This document shows positions 25,001-38,609 of a stretch of 46,846 bases of DNA, one piece after another. The stretch lies in contig JYFJ02003047.1 of the NCBI GenBank assembly GCA_000934665.2, positions 1-46,846 of the forward strand, read 5' to 3'. How positions within the stretch are numbered: position 1 is the stretch's first letter; every line of letters starts with the position of its first letter. This stretch comes from Catajapyx aquilonaris (Eukaryota). Both the position numbers and the translations under genes were made by a program. The notes below the pieces were generated by a model. The model did no database searches. It was not told where the DNA came from and worked only from the letters and a program-made list of their open reading frames with translations.

Positions 25001-28000
25001 GAAAAAAAGGGGGTTTAGATAAGTGGCATAATCGCGCCTGAGGAGACATTTTCTGTGCCAAGCAGAACTCTGCTATCTTTTTTTTTCCACTTCTCTCTTT
25101 TTTAGCTTTATATTCTTTAGCTCGAAAGTAGGTGTACATATGTCGTTATTGTGAGACCAACCCCCTTAGGAGTGGCTGGTGCTCCAAATCGCACACCCCT
25201 CTAAGGGCATCTCTCTCCCTTAATTAAGGAGGACCGAACCCCACTCGACAAGATTTGCGACAAAGGACCCAGACACATTTGATGTTCTCGCCTCTTGTTC
25301 TTCCTCTTGTACGAGTCTTTTTGTCTGTTCTCTGTCTTCACAAAGACGAGGAAGAGATGACATTCCGCTTCCACAAAAGATTCTGCGCTGCTTTCTGTCC
25401 AAAAGAATTGGGGTTATTGTGCATCTGGCTTCCAATAAGTGTACGGGTTCCCTCGGCTTGGTTACAGGCTTCTACAGAGTTTGTCTCCGTATTTGTCGCC
25501 TGGATACCAGTTTGAACATTGGTAACAAGCAAGTACTATGTCCGACAAACAATGGGGGACAGGCGATTTAATATCAAATCTTTTCTGCCAGATGGCGCAG
25601 AGGCTAACAAAAAACCCACATTCTACTATTTAAATGTGAGAAAATGCACATTAGTTGAAAGAAGCCTTATCTCCCTCTCTTGTGCAATTATTGAAGAATA
25701 TTAGTTTTATATCTATCAAGACTTGGTGGCTAACTGTGAAATAAGCACAGCGGGTATATTTTGCTTCGTTAGTAAATTTAGTTTACCATCGATAATTGCA
25801 CTGTAGGGACCCTTTGCTTAACATAGTAAGCTTTTCTTATGCTTAGTGTTTATAAACTGGTTAATGCCGTAAGCCATGCCCTTACGCGATGAAATTGATG
25901 CAGTTGGCATTAATGCCTACAAGTTATGGCCATTTTACAGTTGTCATTTTAGTACAAAGAACAAGACACTTTTATGTGTGGTGGAATCATGCAAAAGCAG
26001 TATTATATCATATTATACAAAGATATCGAAGTGTCCTCCGGTAAATGTTAAAATTTTATAACTTATCTTTATAATACATGAGTGACAAACCGTACGTAAA
26101 AATGCGTCCTGTTGAATTTCTGTCATGCATAACTGTCAAAAAAATTACGGAAGGCAATTCTTTATTCGCCATGGAATGAAAAACATTGATAGAGTATTAG
26201 CAGTTCCTCTTCATGCGATGATCTGATATGCAGAATGATCGCAGTCACATTTAGGTTAAAATTGAGTTAGGCATTGTTGAATGATTGCAGTCCTCAAAGG
26301 GTACTTCCTGACAGTCAAGTAAGTTTTCTAGCATAAAAATTACAGCACAGAGACATTTATGTCATCTAATTTATCTAATAGGGGTTAATGCAATCTTATC
26401 TCAAACCATCATAATTATTATCTCGAAATCAGTCATATGTGAATATGCCAAGTTTTCATGTGCATTTAAGACCTTTTTGCAATTTGACTTTTTCATTCCA
26501 CAATAAAACTGCAGTTTTGCATTTAGGATAGCCAGAAATCAATAACAGGACCATGGTAGGGTTGATTGCTTAGAGAGGGGTAAGTGGTGCAAGTTAATTA
26601 AGGATGGGTGGTTAATGGCCGTTGAATAGTATGGAAGAGCAAGGCTAGCACAGACATCTTGCATGTAATGCATAGGTGGAAACCGGTAGTCATAGGTCAG
26701 GCCTACCCTGGCCTATACCTGCCATTCACTTGTGTAATAAATTGTCTAATAAGATATAATACATTTAAGTTTCATTTAATTTACTTTTTATTGGAATATT
26801 CGGTATAGTACCAGTTATTGAAAATTAAAGTTGCCTATCTTACGATGGGTTATATCATATTTATAGTTATACTGTGAATTATATTATTCTGGGTGACAGA
26901 TCCGTTTGTTGTGTTTTGTTGCATTGAAAATGTGCCATTTTGAAAACTCTTAATTGGGGTTAACTCGCTTCTCCTGCATTAGCTGCCAGTTATAGGTCGA
27001 CCTACATCAGCGCACTTTGCCTGGTAAGATTTCCCATGTAGCAGGCCAATTTTACCACAATTTCTCTGGAAAGGAAGCAAACAGAGCCAATGTTGACGCT
27101 ATAGGGGTATCGGAGGTGTTCGCCTTTAAAGACCCCACAGGATTTCTCCCTTATTAGCACTAGCACGCGGGCCATTGTTCTTCCAAATGCAACTCTGCGG
27201 GAGGTTCGATTAAGATTAATTACTCTCTTTAAATGCTCCGTAGAAAGGCGTCGTTACAAGACAATGACGCAAGCAAGGGCGACGTCATTCTGCTCTTTTC
27301 GTGTGAGCAGCCTGCCGTGACTCGTCATCTAGCCTGGTGGGGGTGAGCGCATTCTTTTCAAAAATATCGTTTTTGAAAAAAAAATCCGGACGAGTAATTA
27401 ATAATCCGAATACCCAAATGGCACAAAAGGGTCCAAAACTTTCGAATGTTTTCTGAGGACACATGGAGGACCGATTTTTTCCACCCACTTTTTTTTTTCT
27501 TTTGATGAAACGAGTTCTGAATGAGTTTTTATTCCACTGTGAGCCGGTTTTGTTCGGTGTGTAACGACATTCTTCTCCGAACCGCTGTACCGGTATGCTG
27601 GTGGAAATGTGGCTCGCGGGGATGAAATTGACATTGTATGCGCTGTCTGGGATCTAATATGCGCATTTCATTTCCAAAGCTCACTAAATAGTAGCTCCGC
27701 ACAACCGTGGTTGGCGGGATAATGCAAACAATGCGCCGCAACTTTAGCATGATACTGGACTTGTTTTGTGGGAACGCCTGAGTTTTTTTTCCAGGCAAAT
27801 ATTCATTCCATCTGAGGATTTTGTACTATACTGTCGCATCGATTTCCACCAGAGATAGTTTGTGACATTACCTTTTCGCTTTGATTCAGTGACTATCGGC
27901 TGATGTGTAATAGAGCTCACCTACAATGAAACAAAGAGTCCATTTTTGCTCCAATTGAGGGTGTGCACTATGTACATGCTGCAGAGAGAAGTTTGTTGTG

Positions 28001-28241
28001 TAATAAAGTTAGGTCACATTATTGAGTCGCGCTTCCTATTGGATTTTATTTATGGACAAAACCTCTACTATAGTCTGGGAGCTTCGCTGGAAATGGGGCA
28101 TGAATGTTTAAAAAATTAAATGACTTGAATCTAGCTTTTATTTGAGGTCACATGCATGATGTCATTAGCTTTGCATGAACGACATTTTATTTTGCCTAAA
28201 AAAGCAGCAGTTTTACCCGGTTTTACCATTGGCGTCGCTAA

Positions 28242-28369
28242 GGGCCGGTTTCACCGAGCTCAGTACATGATAAAACCAGGGTTCTTTAGGAAAATCCCTA
28301 TACATATTTGTATGGATTTTCCTAAAGAAACCTGGTTTTATCATATATCGAGCTCGGTGAAACTGGCCC
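28242..28369. mobile_element. PIF/Harbinger (Tourist-like) palindromic MITE, copy 2
   Basis: TAA|GGGCCGGTTTCACCGAGCTC...GAGCTCGGTGAAACTGGCCC|TAA with a 3-bp TAA TSD. Same family as 13546-13670, in the opposite orientation. Confidence 0.9.
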
Positions 28370-28570
28370 TAAATATGGCACAACTAAAACTAGGGCATTT
28401 AGAAATACCATCGACATCAATCATTGTATTTTCTAAAAACATCAGTTGATATTAAAGTGAAGGCAGCCATAGTGTAAAGTAATTTACCAAGTTTATTTTC
28501 CTTTACTGTATTTGGCTTATATCTTAAATATTAATTATTTTCTAGGAAAACGTGAACGGCTGTATTTATA

Positions 28571-29089
28571 CAGGGTGTTTACGACCTAACTTAACAAACT
28601 TCTAGGGGTAATAGAGGGGCCCAAGACAAACATATTTCACATAGGAACCTGTGTCCGGAAACGCCATCTAGAGGGGGTTCATAGACAAGGAATGGGTGCG
28701 CTCAGACGCGTCAGGCGGGCGGCATTAGTGAGCAGACTGTTTAGTTGCTAGGTGGCGCACGTATTGTACACAACTCAGCAATTCGCCATAACCTGGCAAC
28801 AACAGAGTTGTTCTTTATTATCTGCGCGCTACCTAGCATGCTGACTTTAGTTGATAGTTGTTGCCAGGTTATTGCGAATTGCGAAGTTGTGTACAATCCA
28901 CGCGCCACCTAGCAACTAAACGCTCCGACCGCTAACGCCCCCCACCTGACGTGTCTGAGCGCACCCGTTCCTCGTCTATGAACCCCCTCTAGATGGCGTT
29001 TCCGGACACGGGTTCCTATGTGAAATATGTTTGTCTTGGGCCCCTCTATTACCCCTAGAAGTTTGTAAAGTTAGGTCGTAAACACCCTG
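28571..29089. mobile_element. Tc1/mariner-type foldback MITE (519 bp)
   Basis: TA|CAGGGTGTTTACGACCTAACTT ... AAGTTAGGTCGTAAACACCCTG|TA. The arms pair over about 230 bp, nearly perfectly in the outer 110 bp. Confidence 0.93.
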
Positions 29090-29234
29090 TATAACAAAAC
29101 TTACGACACATAAACATTCTGCAAAAATAGTGTACAGTATACAGTTGAAGTGTCAGTATAATAGTTAGAAATTTTGTGCATTAAAGTGATTTAAAACAAC
29201 CACTTTTATAGATAATAATAATCAAGCTAGTTAC

Positions 29235-29312
29235 TGTAGTTACTAACATTAGGTTGAATGACTGAAACTCAGAGCTGAGTTTCAGTCATTCAACCTAATG
29301 TTAGTAACTACA
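29235..29312. repeat. Perfect palindrome with 38-bp arms and a 2-nt spacer
   Basis: TGTAGTTACTAACATTAGGTTGAATGACTGAAACTCAG-AG-CTGAGTTTCAGTCATTCAACCTAATGTTAGTAACTACA. Confidence 0.95.
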
Positions 29313-29450
29313 TTAAGTAACTACAGTAAGCAACCTTTATAACAACCGTAAGAGGGATCTATAGGCTGCAAAAGCGGTTAATACTGGACCTCCAATATAA
29401 ATGGATCAATATGAGTTATTATCAATGTTTCAACACATAATTTTATTGTA

Positions 29451-29723
29451 GGGCGACATGGTGGTCGAGTGTTTAGCGCCGGAGCCTTCCACCTCATCTG
29501 AGGTCCCGGGTTCGATCCCCGGGGTCGGACGGAGGATACTTATGTTGATAGAGTCTCGATGGGTTCTCTCCGTGTTCGCGTGGGTTTTCTCGGGGCTCTC
29601 CCGTTTCCTCCACTATCAAAATCCATCACAGCGCAGGCAATGATTAAAGACGGGTATTTAAAAGACGATCCCCTAAGAGGCCCAAGGAGCCCTATCACGG
29701 GGTATCCATTATTATCATTATTA
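29451..29723 (+). mobile_element. tRNA-derived SINE with a V-domain-like core
   Basis: A-box-like TGGTCGAGTG at 29462 and B box GGTTCGATCCC at 29509-29519. The core GTTCTCTCCGTGTTCGCGTGGGTTTTCTCGGGGCTCTCCCGTTTCCTCCAC (29563-29613) resembles the V-SINE conserved domain as recalled. It ends in an (ATT)n-type tail, and the TSD is degenerate. Confidence 0.85.
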
Positions 29724-30271
29724 CATAATAATTTATTCTATATCAGGGCCTGAATGAATAAAATTAACCTAATCAAAGTAGCAGCTAATAATTTTGGTAT
29801 CCCCCAAAAGTTACTCCTTACAATAATAAGCAGGAATTATGGCAAAATACACAGGCTATAGCTAATATGGACACTTAATATGGACAACACAACATGGACA
29901 CTTTCACTGGAACATAATTATAATGTTATACTATTCACATCTGGAGATAGACAGGTCTATAGTGTATGTATTTGAATGAATTTGAGTAAAACTATGGTAA
30001 CAATTATGTGTATTAAGGTATACCGGTATATCAAATCGTAATCATGATTTTTCTAGCTTAAAGTCATTATTTCTGGGAATATCATATCAAAGCACTTTTA
30101 TTGAATCTTTATTAAAAGCATATCCGACACATATAAGTCCAAAGTGCCAATGTGTCCAAGTTTCTTTTAACGGTGACCAGTGCCCCATGCTCATGCAAGT
30201 GATGTAATATCCGGCCAGAATGGACGCTTCAAAAATTGCTGGTAAAAATGCAACAATTCAATATCCTTCTT

Positions 30272-30307
30272 CCCCCCCCCCCCCNNNNNNNNCCCCCCCC
30301 CCCCCCC
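30272..30307. other. Poly-C tract with an assembly gap (7 N)
   Basis: A C-run interrupted by nnnnnnn at 30285-30291. The true distance across the gap is unknown. Confidence 0.95.
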
Positions 30308-31113
30308 TGTGTGCTGTTCCGGTCCTATACAGAAACCCCAACCAAATACCATCAACCTTGAGTTAGTTGTGAGAAGCGGACCGCCACCTTTTGAGATCTC
30401 GTTATCGCGTCGCTCTATTACTCATTCAGAGAGCAGTTGGGCCCGAGGCGGAAAATTTCATTTGGCTTTGGCGGGGAAAAGTCCCCGAATGCCTCGCAGC
30501 CACCTACAGTACACTCTGCAATCCCTTGCCCAACAGGGATAGCGGGGATTTCCCCTGCCACTTGCCCTCTGGACTTACACCCATTCTGTTCCTAGCCGCA
30601 CTTGCCCCACACATTTGAACCCTACACATTCCACAAAAATTCACTCTTCTTCAGCTCTTACTTGGATTGACGAGTTACAATGTATCTGCTCACGACCTGT
30701 GGTGCTGGGTACCATACTCAAAATGTAACCCTGCTGCCTGCAGATGGCGTGTCTAGATTGATCTTTAAAGCAACCTAAAGTGGTTGAGTGTATCCCATTG
30801 GTTGATGTGGTAGTGGACAGTTCCCCCTTCCTCCCCCTTCCCTCAACCTCCGCTGGGGCAATGGCAGCGGCGTGTGTAATCAAGAGACCATAATGTAGCC
30901 CGGTAATTAGGGGCCAGGCCTCCCCATCTCTTTTATTAAGCCTATAACGAGGAGCGGGGGTTATGATGGACTGACTGGCCTAAGAAGATGGCAGCACACT
31001 CACGTCAAATACATGGTTTATAGGCTAAATTTGAGCTAAAATAGCCCCTGCACTTGCACTAGGCAGCAGAAAATAGGGCGGACACATTTTAAACAGTTCT
31101 TTTGGCTATATCT

Positions 31114-31322
31114 TTAAATGCTGATCGATTCGTGTGGCGCGGCTACGTTGAATTGAGTCGGCTTTTTCTATTTTTTGCGTGCGAAAAAAGCGCCTGCGAC
31201 ACGGAATTTCAACCTCGCTTTTTCCAGCAGCCGCACCAGCAACCATTGAAACGATAACTAGCATTTAATGTAAATGAGAGGTCTTTGCGAAAGTACGTGC
31301 CACATGAGTCGGCGCATGTTAA
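31114..31322. mobile_element. Possible old degenerate MITE
   Basis: TTAAATGCTGATCGATTCGTGTGGCGCG is imperfectly inverted at CGTGCCACATGAGTCGGCGCATGTTAA, with many mismatches. Confidence 0.3.
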
Positions 31323-34300
31323 AAAAATGGGGCACCAACGACGAAAAAAAGGGCAATAAATCTGCGTTTGGACAACTGCGGGCTTGAAGCTTCAATAACA
31401 TAAAGTTAAATTATCTAGAAAAATTGCCGTGCGAGATAGCGCAAAAGATGCAGCGATAGATAGTAGATATGAGGGGGGGTTGCTATGGGGAGTGAGGCAG
31501 GGGAGGGGGTAGCGGTCGAACATGTCACATTAGCAGCTGAGCATTTTCGCCCCATTACATTACCAGTGGCAGCGTTCACATGCGAGGGTTATTTATTCGC
31601 GCGATAGAGGCAGAAGTGCGGCAATTGCACGCAGTTTTTTGGTGACTCGCATGTCCCCGAAGCCGCCGCTTTGGAAAATTCCTCTATTTTAGATAAAACT
31701 AGAGGGGGTGGAAAACCTCTATTTGGCTGTGGCCAGGATATTTTGTGCCGTTTGGCTGCCAGGAAAAGCAAAGTTGATGAAGTACAGCATGCTCTCAGGG
31801 TATAGTCTTCCCCCAGCAGACCACATCCCCTCTCACTGCCCTTTCCCTTAGTTGCTCGCAGTGACGGACAGAAATGAATGCCCTGTGGGAGTGCCTGTTG
31901 ACGATACTCCTTGTCCACAACGCAAGGTATCACTGGGATTAGCTAACCCATGCGGGAGACTTGTTGCCAAGTCGGGGATTAGCTAACGGATTTTTACGCT
32001 TCTAACGGTTATTTTTGTACGATTCGTAAGTTCTTTCTGTAATTCCTGACTGCGTCATTCAGGCTGGTTGGCACTAAACTCAATTTAAAGGTCAAGTTAA
32101 TAACTGCTGTTTCCTCTCACCCCCAAATTGCACGAATTCACGATGCATAAAGTACCAATCTTACAGTTTCACTAAAACACGGTACTCATATAAGGATCCC
32201 CGGCAGCATGAATTCCCAGCAGGCTCGTTGTTATTTTATTACCAAACTAGCCTAACGTAACGCTCGCTACCTGTCACATTCACTCTTCGCTTTTCGACGA
32301 GGTACTCTGGCTGCGCTGGAAGTAATTGAATACGTTTTAACCCAACGGAAATTTCTGTTGTGAAAACTGAGATGGTCGAGAATAATCCTCTAATATTGAG
32401 GGACTCTTATGGCCGGGGAGCTGTTTCAACATCTGCAATTCGGGTTTATCCTTCTCGTTCCAGTTCAGAAAGTTCGTCGGGATTTACCCCTGGTCTGTGG
32501 TGACCTAAATCTCCGATGGAGTTTAATGTGGCATGTTCATTTCAGAGCGGGGCATTGCCAGGTGGTCGTTCCGTCAAGGGCTCGTCAATTGACCCGTGGG
32601 CCGGAAAATATTATAAAACTCGGGCTCATGTAGCCTTAGGCGAATATTGCACGATGTCAAAGTAGAAAGGGCTTCATCGACATCAGCCACGCTTGCATCA
32701 ATGATGGTATTGTTTTTGGCACACTAGACACTTTACAAATGTGAAAGTAAAGGTGCCGTCGGTGAAGTGATTGACAACAATGTCAATAACGTCACTTACA
32801 CTACACTGCTCTGATATTTTGACATTACATTTCCGCATCATGCCTTGACTGATCCTATATAAACAACCAGTTTTTCTCCAAGTATCATGCACAAATAGAA
32901 TGCGCCTAATTCTTAATCGATATGATATTGTGTATGCAACTATGCATGTCCCTATTTATAATATTTATCTTTGACATTAATTTTTGCTGCCACAGTCAGG
33001 TAAACCCTGTATTTCGCCGTTTAGAGGAAAGTGTGAATCATTTTGGATTTGGCGTGTTTTTGTTGTTGACTGATAAAGCAAGGAAAAAGCTGGTTGGGGT
33101 CCATTATTTATAGTCTTTAATTTTTGAAACGTGTACTAAGGCTACACTTTCTAATGCAGCTGCTTCACAATAAAATGAGAGCCATTATATAATTATTTCA
33201 TGCCGGATTAAACTCTAGCCTGAGCGCAACCAAGAAGGTGAATTATGCGCTAAGCATACAGAAGTTCTCTAGCCCAGGGCTATTTTGTGAAGGACCAGTG
33301 TCATCAGCAGCTTGGGTTGTTGTTCTATTCCAGCCAGGAAATTTCTCTGCAAATTAAACCGGACCTTCCAGCCATTGTCAACTGCTTAGAATACCGCAAA
33401 TCTTGGGAAGTCATGCAGTATTTAGCAATGGAAGTGTAACGTTGGAAGCCTTGTTTTCAGGCTATTGTTATTAAAACATCATTTATTATCAGGTCTGCAT
33501 GCTGTCGGAGTATCATGATCTACTTTGTTCCCTTGTAGGATTTTTTCCCTTCATGTTGTGCATGAATTAAGACTTTAGTCCGATGTGATCAATGCTCTCC
33601 TTTGAAAATGGAGCGCACGTTCTCTAGAAGCTGGCACCTCACACGGATAATATTTCGTGTAGTAAGCGCATAAAAAGTTTCCTCCTTGAATGCCTTATTT
33701 TTTGCATAGTAAAACTGCTTTCGTGTTTGGGCCAAAATTTGCCATCTACCAGTGACGCCAAAAGCCAGTTGTTGCAAAAGAGAGCAACTCCTGCACCTCT
33801 ACATCAAAGCGTCCTTCCGCCCTTCTGAGGGCAATATAGCCACTCTCCTACTGCTCCTAATTATCTTGGTTCTCTTTTCGAAATAACCTAGGTGGAGGTA
33901 AAGCAACTTAGTGAGTCTGGGAAAATAGAATATGATGTCACAGGGCTTGAAACATTTTGTCTCACTTCCAGGTATTTTAAAAAAATGACCAGGTGACATT
34001 TAGCATAGCTGTTGCCAGAGGACTCTGAGATAGCAGATTATGTCAGAGATACATACCCAAGCACTTGAGTCTGTGTGTTTATCAGAGAGTGTCCGGGTAG
34101 GATTCCTTAGCTGTAAATTGGAGAGTAGTAATATATCCACCTGCCGATGATGGCTGGGTTCCAGGCCAGTTCTACTTGATTCTTCAACCCGAACATTTCC
34201 ACTTTTCCTCTTCCGCCTTCTCGCAAAAGATAAGAATCTCTCTTGATCCTCACACTTTGGTTTGGCTGGTACTTTTTCCTGCTCACTTCCACTTGTTTTC

Positions 34301-34833
34301 TGGAGGGAGCAGCGAAAGAGAAATCACTCACACCGGATGACCTCTCTCTACCGTATCCTCTTCTCCTTCGAAACAGCCATCCATTGCCACGGAAGAGATC
34401 AAACCCCCTCCCGACCTCCCCTTTTACCAAAACCGCTTCTTCTTTTTGCTAGCATTTATCTTTGTCTCGCATTTGACTTCCGTTCAGAAGTGTTGAAGCC
34501 CTCGTTTTTTTTTTGTCTTGGGAGTCGCTATTGTCCTCTTTTTTGCCGTCACAAACTGAATTCATGGCTAAACCCCAGAGAACTTTACACATAGAAACTT
34601 GAGTGACAGTTTTGACCTGGGTCACATTACTCAGTTGGACCCAGCATCTACTGAACATTTTAGTTAAGATGTAATAATATCAAATTGCTTACACTCACTC
34701 TTGCAAGTTGGATTGCCTGTATATGAAAATCCTAGGTCTAACACGCCATCGCTAGTTTACACACCAACGAATGTCACTGTAATTTTTTGTTTGTTTAAAG
34801 AAGTGAGGTGAATTTTAATAGTTATAGGATAAA

Positions 34834-34838
<5 letters not shown>

Positions 34839-34898
<60 letters not shown>
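34839..34898. repeat. (CT)n microsatellite
   Basis: About 60 bp of near-perfect TC repeat. Confidence 0.97.
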
Positions 34899-37791
34899 TA
34901 AATATATAAATGAGTACTTTACGTGATTGGTTTTATATTTTATTATATTTGCAAGTGCAGAAACTCTGGTTTTAGAGAACATTAACTACCCCACCCCCAG
35001 TTACCTTGATTAATAAGCAACAAGACCCTCCCGCAACTATAGGCTATGAGTTACAGGCATTCTATATTCTCACCATGCGGAGAGACCTGCCCATTCAAGG
35101 CTATCCCACGCACTTTGCGTCAGGGAGGACTGAATTGAACGGCCCTTAGAGATGCTTCCTCCATTTCCAGCAGGTTCACAAGGAAACGAAAAGTGTACTT
35201 CGACCTATGTTGAGTGTGTATGTCCGCCGCGGGAGGGCCTAGAATACCTGCTTTGCCATTCATTGGAATGTTATTGAATTGACCAACTTCGGGCCACCAA
35301 GATTAACTTATTCGTGTCCTTACGCTTTGAAATCGTGTATATAGAATCCACCCGTCCCTGAACAGGGTGTTAGTGGGACATGCAGCCGCCTGCATAATCG
35401 TTGACCCAAAATAAGCCTATAATATAGTGGTGAGAACCGTTCTCATTAGGAGTGTCATTTAACTTTTGACATAAATAATTTTTTTAAATTCCACTGCTCA
35501 CTCTTAATGTAAACAGAAAACTGAAGTTATATTCCAATAGAATAAATATTTTTACATGTATGAGTGACAGTTCTTTATTGATATTACAGGTATTATGAGG
35601 TGACTAAAATAATAAGCTTGATTTTAAATTTGTTACAAAATTTATTGCTTACGCAATGCATTTTGCCAATATATTAGTCTCGAATAACATGCAAATTCAC
35701 AATTCACTCTCAGCACTTGTGGTTTTGTAGAAAACATCCTCTCCAGATTTTTGCACCTGGGAAGAGTTTCTCCGGGTTCTCACGTCTCCTCCCATGTTCC
35801 AAATGCTTCTCCCATCCCTCATCCTCGTTCCGCATGCCTAAGCTGCCTCAGCTGTCCCAAAAAACCGAACTATTATTCTCCATCCACCCTTTAAGGAGTT
35901 ATGTCAAACACTTTGCACCATTTCCACCAATGAGTGGTCCTCTTATTTCGCATTATTATTTGAGCCTGAATAATGTAGTGAATTTGGAACCAAATTATTA
36001 TTCTTTTGAACTGTCGTCAGGTTTGTTCCTATGTTACTTTTGGGAGAAAAGTTGGTTCAGTTAAACAATGCTGTGAGCAACATTGTGCCTGTTGCATTCA
36101 TGGTAGCATATAAGCCCCCTGTGTAGTACAATGCCTTATACTTTAGGGATACAGGCATTGAAACGGTGTACCGTACTATATTGGCGGCGTGGTATACGGG
36201 CACCATCCACTGACCTGAGACTCGGCCCAAGGCTATAGGTGAACAGGGACTCAGGAATAGATTTTGGTTTTCAGAGTGCCGAGGCCTAGCTCCCTTGAAA
36301 CTTCCAGTTTAATATTTAAAATTATCGAACACATCCCAGGAAGTACAGTACACTATGTATGGGATAGTGGTGGTAAAAGGCGACACACTCGGAAATCTGG
36401 CAAACTCATGCCTGGAGAGAGAACTTCTTCCTGGCCTGTACTTTATGCCACGTAAGCAGTCACTAAACAGTCTGAAGGCCCAGAGATGGCTCTGATGATC
36501 CTCCATTACCAGGCCTATATCCTGCACCTAGGAAGACCAGTTTAGAGAGTCAGGACTGTCATCAGGCGTGACTTTAGCCGCCGGCTATTGCACAGGTCGA
36601 TTGGCTCATACATGGAATATTTTGTAGTTAGCTTCAGATGTGTGAAGTAGGCCGTGACTGTTTAGTCCATAGTAATTTAGTTACCCGCCAGATACGGCTT
36701 CCGTCGTCAGCCACCAGACGAACTAACTAGGCCTATGTTAATGACACCTCTAGTGAGATATGTTTTTGGTATGCTGCCTGAAACTGGCACTGCCATGTGT
36801 CACTTGCTCTTGCTAATTTTAAATTATTTCTGCCTAAATTATAATCGGATTGCATGCGTTAATCCAGATAGACATTTGCTTAGAAAACATCCGCAACCAC
36901 CTCAAAGTGACGAGACTGAAACTTAGGTCGAAATCCAAGTTACGAAAGCTTCCGTTGGTTTCCCGAAATTAATCAGGCTGGTTGGAAATGGCGGTGCTTG
37001 TTTTGCCAGAGGTCAGCGGTCAAGTGTAACCTATAGAAGGCAACTAAAGCTGGTACGGTAATTGGGGAGCGTCGGTAGGTAAACAGCTGCAGGCAGATGT
37101 CTTCCTGTTCCCAGCAGGCCAGGTTTTCCCTCAAATCAAGCCATGGAAGGGACCGGAAAAGAGGGTACCAATAACCGCGGACGGATCAATTTGACCCTAG
37201 GCTATCCCGATGGGTTTCAACTTGTGCATATGTTCACTTGTTTTTGCCACATGCAGTCAACAGTATGACCTAACAAGATTGCATTAGCTTCATCTTCCAG
37301 GTGGGTTATAGGATGTGGTATTACCCTTAATTTGTTTAATAAGGCAGAGCTAAGTCACATTGCGGAATTTACTCCAGTGTACTTTTCCTGCTCTACTGCC
37401 CAAATGATAGGACTTGTCACATGAAAACTTGAGGAAGCGTTTCTCCAGAAGAAAGGGAAGTCTCTCCGCTGCACTTTCCACTCATTATTTTAAAGTTTGA
37501 CACGACTTTCTTCTCTCTCTGGCTCTCTGGCGAAGAGATGAGTAAGAAGAAGAGGTGGATAAGGAAAGAAGCCACCCACGAGACTAAAGTGCGACAGATC
37601 TGAGTTCCCGAAGGAGGTAGTGGAGCCTTTCGTGCCTCGAAACAGACAAGAGACTATTTGCAGTCTCCCATCTCCACACCCTCCTAAAATGCGCTCAGTT
37701 TTGCGTGACTCAAGTTGGCGCCAACTTTCACGCAGACCACTTATACATGCAAAATGCACCAGGTTCGCCACAAGTCACCCATACTAAATAT

Positions 37792-38609
37792 CACTAGGGA
37801 ACAAAATTTAACTTGTTTTTTTGGCCCATGTACATGAATGTGCGATTCCTATTGTATTTCTTGCGCTGATTTTAAATATGTTAGCCAATTTCTTCTATCA
37901 CCCACAGTTTTTGAGTAATCAGCATTTTATGGTAGCATATATATGTAGCACTGATCCACAAAATTACAATTATTTTGGCGCATGTACATGAATGTGCGAT
38001 TCCTATAGTACTCTCTGTCCTGATTTCAAATCTGTTAGCCATTTGATTCTATCACCTATATAGCTTTTGAGTAATTGACATTTTACAGTAAAAAAGTACA
38101 TCAAAAAGCTTCTCAGTCGTAATGAAGGCTAGACTAATACACTGAAATAAATTTCTGAGTAAGTAATGGCTAATAGGGCCTAGTATTGGCTAGTATTGGC
38201 TAGTACGGGCCCATACTAGGCCGTATGAGTCATTACTTACTCAGAAATTTATTTCCAAGTGTATGACTCTAGCACATATACATTAAGAGAGGCTTTTTGA
38301 TCCCATAAAAATGCAAATTACTCAAAAGTTGTAGGTGGCAGAAAATATCGGTTAACATATTTGAAATCAGCACAAAGAATACAATAAGAATATTCACATA
38401 AATGTACATGTGCCAGAAATATTTTCATTTGGTTGACCAGTGATACAAATAAAGTACTTTTTACTGTAAACATGCCAATTACTCCAAAACTATAGGTGAC
38501 AGAATCAAATGGTTAACAGATTAGAAATCAGGACAGAGAGTACTATAGGAATCGTACATTCATGTACATGGGGGGAAAAAAACAAGTTAAATTTGGTTTC
38601 CTAGTAGTG
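37792..38609. mobile_element. Foldback MITE (818 bp) with CACTA-like ends and ~154-bp internal repeats
   Basis: CACTAGGGAACAAAATTTAACTTGTTTTTT ... AAAAAACAAGTTAAATTTGGTTTCCTAGTAGTG. The unit CATGTACATGAATGTGCGATTCCTA occurs at 37827 and 37981 and is mirrored in the right arm. The centre has TAGTATTGGC repeats. The TSD reads as AT (CACT ends) or TA (TCACT ends). Confidence 0.88.

Noticed and set aside
25348..25521. Possible + strand exon after a pyrimidine tract
   Set aside because: The donor is weak (GTAACA), the peptide is unrecognisable and no partner exons were found.
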